DNA of 64,000 bases from an uncultured Bacteroidota bacterium (lineage in GTDB: Bacteria; Bacteroidota; Bacteroidia; JADZBD01), in NCBI GenBank assembly GCA_937924855.1, contig CALEYQ010000071.1, positions 10,507 to 74,506 of the forward strand, read 5' to 3'. The notes beneath the pieces are model-generated. The model was not told the origin of the DNA and did no database searches. It worked only from the letters and a program-made list of their open reading frames with translations. Position numbers and translations under genes: made by a program. The stretch's first letter is position 1. Every line of letters begins with the position of its first letter. Of the stretch, positions 19,233 to 28,034 are shown piece by piece.

Positions 19233-20177
19233 ATGCGGCAGCTATTTGTTTGCTTTTATAGTGTTTTGTTTTTCGCAGCCTGCGGACCTCCCAAATCCAA
19301 CCGCCTTCCGGTTCCCACCCAACCCTTTATTACCGTGCTGGGTATTGCACAGGATGCCGGATATCCACAGGCAGGCTGTAATAAAACCTGTTGTGCCGCC
19401 TACTGGTCAGGCATCAGGCCCAAAGCTATGGTGGCATCGCTGGGTATTGTTGATCCTGTCAGCGGACAAAAATGGCTGATTGATTGCACGCCTTCGTTTC
19501 CGGAACAATGGTATCGCATGGAGATGCTTCTCCCCGAAAAGACCTGGAGCGGTATTTTTTTAACCCATGCCCACATGGGACATTATGCCGGCCTCCTGCA
19601 CCTGGGTCGTGAAGCCATGAACGCGCAGAAGATGCCCGTATTTTGCGATTCTGTTTTTGCCCGCTTCCTTGAAACGAATGGGCCTTTTTCGCAGTTGGTA
19701 AAACTGGAAAACATCGTTCTGCATCCCATTATGCCGGATCAAACCCTTACCCTGAACGAAAGGATTTCCATAACCCCATTTACCGTACCTCACCGGGATG
19801 AATTTTCCCCCACTTTCGGTTACCGGATTTCTTCCGCAGGAAAAAAAATTATTTTTATTCCTGATATCGATAAATGGGAAAAATGGGATTCGGATATTGT
19901 TCAATGGGTTAAAGAGAACGACCTTCTTTTTTTAGACGGCACCTTTTTCCGGGAAGGTGAAATTCCGGGCCGAAACATGTCTGAAATTCCGCATCCTTTT
20001 GTTTCTGAAACCATGCAGCTAATGGCAAAACTTCCCCCTGAAGAAAAGCAAAAAATCCATTTCATCCATTTTAATCATACCAACCCACTGATTTTTCCCG
20101 ACAGCCCCGAAACGGAAGAAATAAAAAAAGCGGGCTTTAATTGTGCCCGCGAAGGAATGATGTTCGAACTGAATTAA
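19233..20177 (+). CDS. MBL-fold metallo-hydrolase (PqqB-like), predicted lipoprotein
   Basis: Lipobox FFAACG and a metallo-beta-lactamase motif THAHMGHYAG. Its stop shares a TTAA with the convergent downstream gene. Confidence 0.7.
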   Translation: MRQLFVCFYSVLFFAACGPPKSNRLPVPTQPFITVLGIAQDAGYPQAGCNKTCCAAYWSGIRPKAMVASLGIVDPVSGQKWLIDCTPSFPEQWYRMEMLLPEKTWSGIFLTHAHMGHYAGLLHLGREAMNAQKMPVFCDSVFARFLETNGPFSQLVKLENIVLHPIMPDQTLTLNERISITPFTVPHRDEFSPTFGYRISSAGKKIIFIPDIDKWEKWDSDIVQWVKENDLLFLDGTFFREGEIPGRNMSEIPHPFVSETMQLMAKLPPEEKQKIHFIHFNHTNPLIFPDSPETEEIKKAGFNCAREGMMFELN

Positions 20178-20698
20178 ACCGGTTTGGATGGGGGCTCCAT
20201 AACATGCCCGCACTTTTTACAGGTTCTAAGTTCCTCAGAACCATAAAACTCGGCAAAGGTTTCCTGAAACTGGGTCATGATATTGGTAAGCTGGAACTTT
20301 TTCTCGTAAAGTTTTTCATTGCATTTTTCACAAAACCACATCAGTCCGTCTTTTTCTCCCTCCCGGCGTTTGCGCTCCATTACCAGGCCAATGGTATTGG
20401 CACCGCGTTTGGGATTGTGGGGTACTTTGGGAGGCAATAAGAAAATATCCCCCTCTTTAATGGTTACCTCAACGGCTTTCCCGTTTTCCTGTAATCCCAC
20501 ATTTATATCACCCTCCAGCTGATAAAAAAACTCCTCACTTTCGTTGTAATGGTAGTCCTTTCTGGAGTTTGGTCCTCCCACCACCATTACAATAAACTCG
20601 GTGTCTTCATAAACAACTTTGTTGCCAACGGGGGGCTTAAGCAAATGACGGTTTTCGTCGATCCACTTTTTGAAATTAAATGGTCTTTGTATGGGCAT
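20174..20698 (-). CDS. 3-hydroxyanthranilate 3,4-dioxygenase
   Basis: Colinear similarity to HAAO/NbaC: GGPNSRKDYH, EEFFYQLEGD, GDIFLLPPKVPHNPKR, ANTIGLVMERKR, and a C-terminal CxxC...CxxC rubredoxin-like site. Confidence 0.9.
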   Translation of the reverse strand: MPIQRPFNFKKWIDENRHLLKPPVGNKVVYEDTEFIVMVVGGPNSRKDYHYNESEEFFYQLEGDINVGLQENGKAVEVTIKEGDIFLLPPKVPHNPKRGANTIGLVMERKRREGEKDGLMWFCEKCNEKLYEKKFQLTNIMTQFQETFAEFYGSEELRTCKKCGHVMEPPSKPV

Positions 20699-20815
20699 TT
20701 TATGTTTACTTTAAATACCAAGATACTTACTTTGAGGCGTATTTAAAAATATTGGAATCATTTTTTAAATGGCGATTGGTTTATACAAGGGAGTAATATT
20801 TCCTAACTTAGTGGG

Positions 20816-21601
20816 ATGGATTTGAATTTAAAAGGTAAAACGGCCCTTGTCTGCGGAAGCACCCAGGGAATCGGTAAGGCCTGTGCCCTGGAACTGGCCG
20901 GCCTGGGCGCAAGGGTTATTCTGATGGCCCGCAACACGGAAGCCCTGGAGGAAGTTCTGAAAGAACTGGATACCATTTCACGGCAAATTCACGGGTTTCT
21001 TGTTGCTGATTTTTCAAACCCCGGCCAGGTTAAAGATGCCATTCAGTCTTTTGTCAAGGGAAACCCGGTTCATATTCTGGTAAATAATACCGGAGGTCCT
21101 CCGGGCGGCCCTGCTGAATCCGCACCCGCCGAGGAATTTACCAAAGCCTTTTCCGCCCATCTGCTTTGCAACCATCACCTGATGCAGGCGGTTGTTCCCG
21201 GAATGAAGAGCAAACAATACGGCCGTATTATTAATATTATTTCTACTTCCGTAAAACAGCCCCTTAAAGGATTGGGTGTTTCAAACACCGTTAGAGGCGC
21301 AGTTGCCAACTGGAGTAAAACCCTTGCAGGAGAACTTGGCAGGTATGGTATTACCGTGAATAATGTGCTTCCCGGAGCCACCCTCACCGGTCGCCTTTCT
21401 TCCATCATTGAAACCCGTGCCGGAAAGGAAGGTCTTTCCAAAGATGAAATATCCCGTCACTTTTTAGAGGAAATTCCTATGGGAAGGTTTGGAAATCCGG
21501 AAGAGATTGCGGCTGCTGTAGCTTTTCTTGCTTCACCCGCTGCGGCCTATATCAACGGAATAAATCTTCCGGTTGACGGGGGACGAACCGGTTGCTTATA
21601 A
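20816..21601 (+). CDS. SDR-family oxidoreductase
   Basis: TALVCGSTQGIGKA Rossmann motif, NNTGG, and the short-chain dehydrogenase fold. Confidence 0.8.
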   Translation: MDLNLKGKTALVCGSTQGIGKACALELAGLGARVILMARNTEALEEVLKELDTISRQIHGFLVADFSNPGQVKDAIQSFVKGNPVHILVNNTGGPPGGPAESAPAEEFTKAFSAHLLCNHHLMQAVVPGMKSKQYGRIINIISTSVKQPLKGLGVSNTVRGAVANWSKTLAGELGRYGITVNNVLPGATLTGRLSSIIETRAGKEGLSKDEISRHFLEEIPMGRFGNPEEIAAAVAFLASPAAAYINGINLPVDGGRTGCL

Positions 21602-23227
21602 TCCGGCCTTCTTTTTTGCAACTTCTTCTTTCAGCACCCTGATAAATTCAGGATCTACCGGATATCCCAGTTCCTGTGCCTTCAATGCATCGGACAACGC
21701 AGCTTCATAATTTCCTGCCGTAAACCAGGTGCCTGCCCTGTTATGCCAGGCTTGTTTTAAATTCGGATTCAGTTTAATTGCCGTGGAATAGTCTTCAATG
21801 GCTTCATTCAGTTTTCCCTGATAATAATGAGCCAGTCCCCGGTTATAATACGCATCGGGGTAATCCGGTTTCAGGGCAATGGCTTTGTTGAGGTAAAAAA
21901 TTCCCTGATCGTAATTTTTTTCAAGATTGTACGCATCGCCGAAATTATTGTAAATCTTAGGCGAACGCTGGTCTTTTTTCTCGGCATCGGTCCATAAAGT
22001 AATGCTGTCTTTCCAGATTTTTATGCGTTCGCCGGTAAGCCATGTTAGAAGTGCAAGAAAAAAACAGGCCAGCACCACCGGAACTTTATTGCCGGGCATT
22101 TTTTTATCACGCCAGGTAACCAATAACGAGAAAATGGCAAACCCAAGTCCAATATGCGGAAGGTAACTGTAACGGTCGGCCATTACGGCGCCACCCACGG
22201 GTAATAGTTGCAAAACAAGAATGGCCGTAATCAGGAAAAACCCCCCACCAAAAACCAAATCCCGGTTCCCACGGTACTTAAAAACGAGAAATGTTAGGCC
22301 CGCAACAACCACAGGGGCTAAATAGTAAAGGGGTCCCATTTCACCTTTCACAGGAAAGGAATAAAAGCAGGACAGGTTTACGGGCGCAAAAAATTTTGCC
22401 ACATACATCATCACGCCGTAACAGGCAAACAAAATGCGTTCTCCTAGATGATACATGTCGTTGCCCTGAATGGCTTCAAATTCTTTTTGAGCTTCAATGG
22501 CCCGTAGTCCGAAATATACCGAAAGGGCAAAAAGAGGAATTTTTTCCAAAAACATCTTTTTATAATCCCGTCTTCCCATATACCAGTCGCAAAGTAATAA
22601 TGCTAATGGAAGGGTAACGGTAACGGCTTTCGAGAACAGGCCCCCGAGAAAAAGCGTTGCGGTAAGCACCCAGGCCACAAGATCTTTGCCTTGTTTTCTG
22701 AAATACACCCAGCTTACCAATGCGCCCAGATAAAATAAAGAGTAAAGCACATCTTTTCTTTCTGCCGCCCAGGCAACGCTCTCTACATGCATGGGATGCA
22801 GGGCAAAGGCGGCTGCCGTGAGGGTAGCGACCAGATTATTGCCCGACAAAAAATAAAGGAACAGATAAACAAGCAGGGCGTTGAAAATATGCAACCACAT
22901 ATTGGTCCGGTGAAAAGGAAGAGGATCTGTTTCGCCCGTAACGGGATCAAACGCCGATTGATAATTCCAGGCCAGGGTAAGCATGGTTAAGGGATGAAAG
23001 TTTCCCATAACATGAGGTTTTTCCACAAAATGTTTTTTAAAGGAAGCGTCCGCCAGATCCTTATTGTAAGTAATGTATTCCTGATCGTCCCAATTGGTGA
23101 GTTTGTTTTTCAGAGAGGGTTGATAGATCAGCCAGGTAGCGGCAAGGACTAATAAAATCCCCAGCCAGGCTTGCTTTCCGGGCAGGCTTTTCTTTTCAGT
23201 TTTTTTAAGGGGCGTTTTTTTTCCCAT
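21596..23227 (-). CDS. TMTC-like membrane protein with C-terminal TPR repeats (paralog of 13030-15021)
   Basis: Multi-TM N-terminal domain plus C-terminal TPRs (YNRGLAHYYQGKLNEAIEDYSTAIKLNPN). Confidence 0.75.
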   Translation of the reverse strand: MGKKTPLKKTEKKSLPGKQAWLGILLVLAATWLIYQPSLKNKLTNWDDQEYITYNKDLADASFKKHFVEKPHVMGNFHPLTMLTLAWNYQSAFDPVTGETDPLPFHRTNMWLHIFNALLVYLFLYFLSGNNLVATLTAAAFALHPMHVESVAWAAERKDVLYSLFYLGALVSWVYFRKQGKDLVAWVLTATLFLGGLFSKAVTVTLPLALLLCDWYMGRRDYKKMFLEKIPLFALSVYFGLRAIEAQKEFEAIQGNDMYHLGERILFACYGVMMYVAKFFAPVNLSCFYSFPVKGEMGPLYYLAPVVVAGLTFLVFKYRGNRDLVFGGGFFLITAILVLQLLPVGGAVMADRYSYLPHIGLGFAIFSLLVTWRDKKMPGNKVPVVLACFFLALLTWLTGERIKIWKDSITLWTDAEKKDQRSPKIYNNFGDAYNLEKNYDQGIFYLNKAIALKPDYPDAYYNRGLAHYYQGKLNEAIEDYSTAIKLNPNLKQAWHNRAGTWFTAGNYEAALSDALKAQELGYPVDPEFIRVLKEEVAKKKAGL

Positions 23228-23282
23228 CCGGGAATATTTATTTTTCCGAAAGATAAGAATTGCCTACATTAGAGAAAAAAGC

Positions 23283-24242
23283 ATGAAAACTATTTTGTTT
23301 TTAGTCCAGTTTGGCTCATTTACGGCTTTCTCTCAGCCTTATTTTTATATGCCTGCCCTGGGCACCTATCAAGCCCTTTCCGGGGAAACGGTTTTTTCTT
23401 CAACCACTCCCTGGTCGCCCTTTCAAACTTTCATTGTTCCCCTGGGTTTTACCTTTCAGTATATGGGAACAAATTATACCTCCATTCGGGTGGAAGGAAG
23501 TGGTTTTACTTATTTCGATGCAAACTATTACCATTTGTTAAATCCCTTTACGGTTCAGTTGCGTGACCGGGGAACTTCTACGCCAACTTCACTAAGTCCC
23601 CTTTCATATAAAATGGAAGGAAGCGCTCCTAACCGCATTGGAAAAATTCAATGGGCCAACTGTTCTTTTGCAGGTGATACGGCTTCAAATGTGAATTTTC
23701 AACTCTGGCTGTTTGAAGGCAGCAATCATGTGGAAGTACATATGGGGCCCTCAACCATTGTAAATCCCTCCGCAGCCTATTCAGGAAACGGAAGCCCGGG
23801 ACCACTCATTGGCTTGTTTAAATATACTTCGGCATCTAATTGTTCCTATAGTCTTTCGCTTTATGGACCGGCCTCCAATCCTCTGGACACCAACCGGACC
23901 GGAAACATTAATTTTTTTGGGCTCACCCTTAATGGTACTCCGTCATCCGGTAGTATTTTTAAATTTTTTCCGGGATCACTGGGGATGGATGATTTGTCCG
24001 AAGAAAAAATCTTCTTTTTTCCTAATCCTTCCACGGGAACAATACAATTTAACTCAGGAAGCGCAGAGCCGGTGGTAATCCGCATTTATTCAGGCACAGG
24101 ACAAAAGCGGTATGAAGGAGTGATAAATCTCTCAGAGAATTTTAGAATTCCTGAAGATATAGGTTCGGGAATTTATTTTTTGGAGGCGGTGGGAACCGAT
24201 GCGGTGTGGCTCCGTAAAAAGCTGATTCTGGTCCGGGAGTAA
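23283..24242 (+). CDS. secreted hypothetical protein with T9SS C-terminal sorting domain
   Basis: Signal peptide and a C-terminal ~80-aa Por/T9SS CTD (FFFPNPSTGTIQF...GIYFLEAVG). Confidence 0.7.
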   Translation: MKTILFLVQFGSFTAFSQPYFYMPALGTYQALSGETVFSSTTPWSPFQTFIVPLGFTFQYMGTNYTSIRVEGSGFTYFDANYYHLLNPFTVQLRDRGTSTPTSLSPLSYKMEGSAPNRIGKIQWANCSFAGDTASNVNFQLWLFEGSNHVEVHMGPSTIVNPSAAYSGNGSPGPLIGLFKYTSASNCSYSLSLYGPASNPLDTNRTGNINFFGLTLNGTPSSGSIFKFFPGSLGMDDLSEEKIFFFPNPSTGTIQFNSGSAEPVVIRIYSGTGQKRYEGVINLSENFRIPEDIGSGIYFLEAVGTDAVWLRKKLILVRE

Positions 24243-24953
24243 CTACAGGTTTTTATTTACCAGAAGACGAAAACCTTTTCCGTGAATGTTTAATATTTCA
24301 ACACGGGGATCGTCTTTCAGGTATTTCCGGAGTTTGGTAATATAAACATCCATGCTTCGGGCATTGAAGTAGGAGTCATCGTTCCAGAGTTTTTTCAGGG
24401 CATAATTGCGATCCAATCCTTCGGTGCGGTGCAGGCAAAGCAATTTCAGAAGATCGCTTTCCCGGGTAGTAAGTTTTTTTGATTGCCCTTTCAGGCTCAG
24501 CTGATGGGTGTCGGAATCGAAAGTAAAATTACCGATTTCAAATTGTGTTTCCTGTTCTTCCTTATTGGGGTTCCCACCCGAACGCCGCAAAATGGCCTCT
24601 ATCCGCAGGAGTAATTCCTCCATGCTGAAGGGTTTGGTTACATAATCATCGGCCCCGGCGCGAAATCCTTCAATGGCATCTTCTCTCAGGGCCCTTGCGG
24701 TGAGAAAAACAAGGGGAATTTCGGCATTTGTTTTTCTGATTTCTTTGGCCAGGGTAAACCCGTCCATTACCGGCATCATTACATCCAGAATACAAATGTT
24801 GAAAGCTTCGCTATTAAATGCCCGAAAGGCATCTTTTCCGTTTTCGGCCAGGTGAACACGATAATCTTTCGCTTCCAGATAATCTTTCAGCAGGCTGCCC
24901 AGGTTGGGATCGTCTTCCGCCAGGAGAATATGGGCTTTGGTGCCTGAACTCAT
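24243..24953 (-). CDS. OmpR-family response regulator transcription factor
   Basis: Receiver domain (ILLAEDDPNLGSLL, D...K) plus a winged-helix C-terminus (DVYITKLRKYL). Confidence 0.88.
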   Translation of the reverse strand: MSSGTKAHILLAEDDPNLGSLLKDYLEAKDYRVHLAENGKDAFRAFNSEAFNICILDVMMPVMDGFTLAKEIRKTNAEIPLVFLTARALREDAIEGFRAGADDYVTKPFSMEELLLRIEAILRRSGGNPNKEEQETQFEIGNFTFDSDTHQLSLKGQSKKLTTRESDLLKLLCLHRTEGLDRNYALKKLWNDDSYFNARSMDVYITKLRKYLKDDPRVEILNIHGKGFRLLVNKNL

Positions 24954-26470
24954 GCTTTGGGTAAATATAGGCTAAAGATACTTCCTTTGCCGGGTTCACT
25001 TTCAACACTCACCTTTCCTCCGTGCATCTCCATAACTGTTTTTACGTAGCTTAATCCAAGTCCGAACCCTTTTACATTGTGTATGTTTCCGGTGGGAACC
25101 CGAAATAGTTTATCGAAAACGCGCTTTTGGTTCTCACGGGTAATACCGATCCCGTTGTCTTTAACTGAAATTAAAATTCCGCCGGAATCATTGCGGGTAG
25201 ACAGGATGATTTCAGGATTCGCCTCATTATATTTTATGGCATTATCCAACAGATTGTAAATCACATTCGAAAAATGAGTTTTGTCAACCGCAAATTCCGG
25301 ATCGGTGGCTGAAAGTTGCAACTCCATTTTGCCCCCAGCTTTTTCTACCTGCAGGGAAATATTTCCGGCCGCTTTTTGAATTAATTGATGCAGATCGGCC
25401 GGTTCCGTGTTGAGGCGAAGTTCACCTTTCTCCATGATGGAGGTTTGGAGGATGTTTTCAACGAGATTTCCCAGGCGTTTGTTTTCATCCTGAATAACCC
25501 GCACATACTTATCCATTTTTTTTTTTTTTTTTTTTTTGGTTTGATCACCCAATACCTCGCAGGCAAGATTAATTGTTGAGATGGGAGTTTTAAACTCGTG
25601 GGTCATGTTATTGATGAAATCATTTTTCATGACCGACAATTTCTTTTGCTGCAGTATGGTTCGTACAAAATAGTAGAAGGCAGAAACCAAAACCGTAACC
25701 AGCATGAAGGAGGCCAGGATCATCAGCCAGGCGCCCCGGAAAAGTCCCGATTCTTTGCCGGGAAAATTAACGGCAAGAAAACGGGGGGGAGCAAAAATAT
25801 TATCGGGAAACAGAGCTACTTTATAGCGGGAGCGGGTAAATTCTTCGGGAAGGTCGTTGCGGCCGGGTTCAAGAACAGAGTATTGATACTCCTGATTAAT
25901 GCCCCTTTGCCGGAACTCCTTTTTAAGGAGACTGTCGAGTAACACTTCCTGGTTTTTTTCACCCGGGTGATTAAAAGGGGAATTCATTTCCACCAGAATT
26001 TTTTCGAACAACTCCGATTTTTGTCTTACCCAGTCGTTCTGGTTATTGGCCTGCATATTTCCCGACATCATCCGGGAGAAGGTGTTGGGGGCGGGGCAAA
26101 CAACCTCGCAGCCGGGTTCGCAGCAGGACTTTCCGGAAGAAGAAATAAGCAAATTGTGAGAGCTGTCGGTGATTACTTCAAATTTTATTTCCCGGTGATT
26201 TGAGCATTTTTTTTCGTGGTGAAAATTATGGCGGGGACCGGGCATGGAGGTGAAGCCTCTGTAAAGCGAAGAATTCCCTCTCATTTTTCGGGCCATGGTA
26301 TGTTTTTCCAGTTTAAAGGCCACGCGGTTAAGAGCCTCCGAAACCAGCTGGTCGAAGCGCTGTTCACGGATGGAAATGGCGGCACGCATCCAGTAAACCT
26401 GAATAAATAACAATCCGGCAATGGAAATTCCGGCAAACACCGAATACCAAATCAGATTCTTTTTTATCAT
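24950..26470 (-). CDS. sensor histidine kinase (two TM helices, HisKA H-box, HATPase_c); contains an in-frame K7 run encoded by a 22-nt homopolymer
   Basis: H-box HEFKTPISTI, N/G boxes (NLLDNAIKY, DNGIGI, GFGLGLS), and a 4-nt overlap with the response-regulator gene. Confidence 0.88.
   Translation of the reverse strand: MIKKNLIWYSVFAGISIAGLLFIQVYWMRAAISIREQRFDQLVSEALNRVAFKLEKHTMARKMRGNSSLYRGFTSMPGPRHNFHHEKKCSNHREIKFEVITDSSHNLLISSSGKSCCEPGCEVVCPAPNTFSRMMSGNMQANNQNDWVRQKSELFEKILVEMNSPFNHPGEKNQEVLLDSLLKKEFRQRGINQEYQYSVLEPGRNDLPEEFTRSRYKVALFPDNIFAPPRFLAVNFPGKESGLFRGAWLMILASFMLVTVLVSAFYYFVRTILQQKKLSVMKNDFINNMTHEFKTPISTINLACEVLGDQTKKKKKKKMDKYVRVIQDENKRLGNLVENILQTSIMEKGELRLNTEPADLHQLIQKAAGNISLQVEKAGGKMELQLSATDPEFAVDKTHFSNVIYNLLDNAIKYNEANPEIILSTRNDSGGILISVKDNGIGITRENQKRVFDKLFRVPTGNIHNVKGFGLGLSYVKTVMEMHGGKVSVESEPGKGSIFSLYLPKA
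25516..25537. repeat. 22-nt poly(T)/poly(A) homopolymer inside the histidine-kinase CDS (encodes KKKKKKK)
   Basis: A direct count of the sequence gives 22 T. All three overlapping track ORFs (K7, K7, F7) are consistent with n=22. Confidence 0.9.
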
Positions 26471-26597
26471 ACTGCAAAATTAGGTAATAATAGGGCTTTC
26501 TTCCGGGCTTAACATTATTTAACAATCATTAATAAATTGAGGGTAGCATGAAAAATAAGACCTAAGTAACTTTGACCTAAACCTCAAAACAACCGCT

Positions 26598-27386
26598 ATG
26601 AAATTCATTCTTAACGCCTTCTTTGCCTTCGCTTTTTTCCCAATGGCATTTGCCCAGGAAAGCGACAAAGTAAAAATCAAAACCATTACCATTATTAACG
26701 GAGATACCACGATTACCGAAAAGGTTATAGATAAGAAGGAAATGGAAATGAAGAAAGAAATGCACAAAGAGCATGAAATGAAAATGAAGGGAGAGGGGCA
26801 TTATCATCATAAGAAAGTAGAAAAGGAAGAAATAATTATTAAGGAGAAGGGTGGAAAAGAAACCCGGAAAACCATGATCATGATTCATGAAGATGGAGAC
26901 GGTGATACGGAGTTCAAGAACATTGAAATACACAAGAACGATAAGGGAGAAATAAAAATTTTAAAAGACGGAAAGGAGATTAAGCAGGGAGATGATGGGG
27001 TGATGATAATCAACAAGGAGGTGCATGTTGACAAAGGTGATGGCGACAAGCATAAAAAGACTATGGTAAAAGTGATGATTACCGAAGAAGGTGAAAACAA
27101 GGGATCAAAAAAGGGGAAAACACCTGAGGGTGGAAGTAAAGAAAACCTGAAGGTTTATCCTAACCCATCAAAAGGGGAGATGAATTTTGAGTTTGATTTA
27201 GAGGGAAAGGAAAAGGCCCTGGTTACGGTTACGGATGTAAACGGAAAAGAAATTTTCAGGGAGGAGATAAAAGATAAAGGGCATTTCAAGCGTACGGTAC
27301 AGTTAGGTGAGAACGCAAAAGGAGTTTACATTTTAACCATTACCGAAGGAAAGAAAAAATCAACAGCCAAATTGGTTTTCGAGTAG
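26598..27386 (+). CDS. secreted low-complexity K/E/H-rich protein with T9SS C-terminal sorting domain
   Basis: Signal peptide MKFILNAFFAFAFFPMAFA, a charged low-complexity region (EMEMKKEMHKEHEMKMKGEGHYHHKK), and a CTD (VYPNPSKGEMNFEF...GVYILTITEG). Confidence 0.7.
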   Translation: MKFILNAFFAFAFFPMAFAQESDKVKIKTITIINGDTTITEKVIDKKEMEMKKEMHKEHEMKMKGEGHYHHKKVEKEEIIIKEKGGKETRKTMIMIHEDGDGDTEFKNIEIHKNDKGEIKILKDGKEIKQGDDGVMIINKEVHVDKGDGDKHKKTMVKVMITEEGENKGSKKGKTPEGGSKENLKVYPNPSKGEMNFEFDLEGKEKALVTVTDVNGKEIFREEIKDKGHFKRTVQLGENAKGVYILTITEGKKKSTAKLVFE

Positions 27387-27403
27387 GTTGATTTTGGTTT
27401 AGG

Positions 27404-27434
27404 CGAAGAGTCCCTGCAAGGGGGCTCTTTTTTT
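27404..27434 (+). terminator. Rho-independent terminator
   Basis: GAAGAGTCCC-tgcaa-GGGGCTCTT hairpin with one G-U pair, followed by a T8 run immediately after the 26598-27386 stop. Confidence 0.6.
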
Positions 27435-27735
27435 TGCATTTAAAAATGGTTTGCGCCGGTTTGGTCGCTGACTCGGTTTTTGGGTTGGGAATGGTCACTG
27501 ATCCCTCCTTCGGCGGGTAGCCTCGACTCCGCTCGGCTACCGAACTCGAACCGCTCGGCTACCAAATTTCGAACTGCTTGGGTGGGTCGTTGAGCCTGTC
27601 GAAACGACCAGTGGGTGGGAGCAAGAGCTGTCCCTTCGACAAGCTCAGGGACCACACTTCGACAAGCTCAGCGACCCATTTGTTCCTTCTCCGTCATATT
27701 TGATTAAGCGACAAGAAAAAAATTAAATTTCTCTT
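27435..27735. repeat. repeat-rich non-coding gap between convergent genes (two pairs of ~20-23-nt direct repeats plus an inverted repeat)
   Basis: CCGCTCGGCTACC(G/A)AA..TCGAAC occurs twice in tandem (27529-27574). CTTCGACAAGCTCAG(G/C)GACC occurs twice (27634-27653 and 27657-27676). A GGTCGTT/AACGACC inverted repeat is flanked by TGGGTGGG. Confidence 0.5.
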
Positions 27736-28029
27736 TCACTCCTTATTCCCTTCCCGCTGCCGCTTCAACTTCTCAAACTCACGCTCTTCAAGATTTCCCT
27801 TGTCGTGATAGGCGGAAAAATAATTCATCGCCAGACCAATGCCCCATCCTAAACTTACCCAGGCCGGCCAGGGCAAATGCCATCCCCCCTCCCAGTTCAT
27901 ATGCCCGCCTTTGGTAAATAACCAAACCAGCCACAAGAAAATGTTTACAATGACATAGGTTATGGCATGACGCTTAAAATCGGCCCGCTTCTTAGCTAAT
28001 CGCCACAATTTTTTATCTTCTTTTTCCAT
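27736..28029 (-). CDS. 2TM domain-containing small membrane protein
   Basis: Two TM helices (ITYVIVNIFLWLVWLF, WVSLGWGIGLAMNYF) and a basic N-terminus, typical of the 2TM family. Confidence 0.65.
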   Translation of the reverse strand: MEKEDKKLWRLAKKRADFKRHAITYVIVNIFLWLVWLFTKGGHMNWEGGWHLPWPAWVSLGWGIGLAMNYFSAYHDKGNLEEREFEKLKRQREGNKE

Positions 28030-28034
28030 GGTTT

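Noticed and set aside
25511-25540. Initial count of 23 T in the homopolymer, which would frameshift the kinase
   Set aside because: A recount against the codon positions of three overlapping track ORFs (K7, K7 and F7 all need n=3k+1) gives 22 T. The kinase reading frame is intact as assembled.
27440-27655. 71-aa minus-strand ORF in the 27.4-27.7 kb gap
   Set aside because: It lies entirely within the repeat-structured GC-rich non-coding region. It has no plausible start context, and its residue composition follows the DNA repeats. I treat it as non-coding.
27529-27676. Direct repeats as a possible CRISPR array
   Set aside because: There are only two copies per repeat type, the copies are tandem or about 23 nt apart with no spacer-sized unique inserts, and no cas genes are present. 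This is not a CRISPR.
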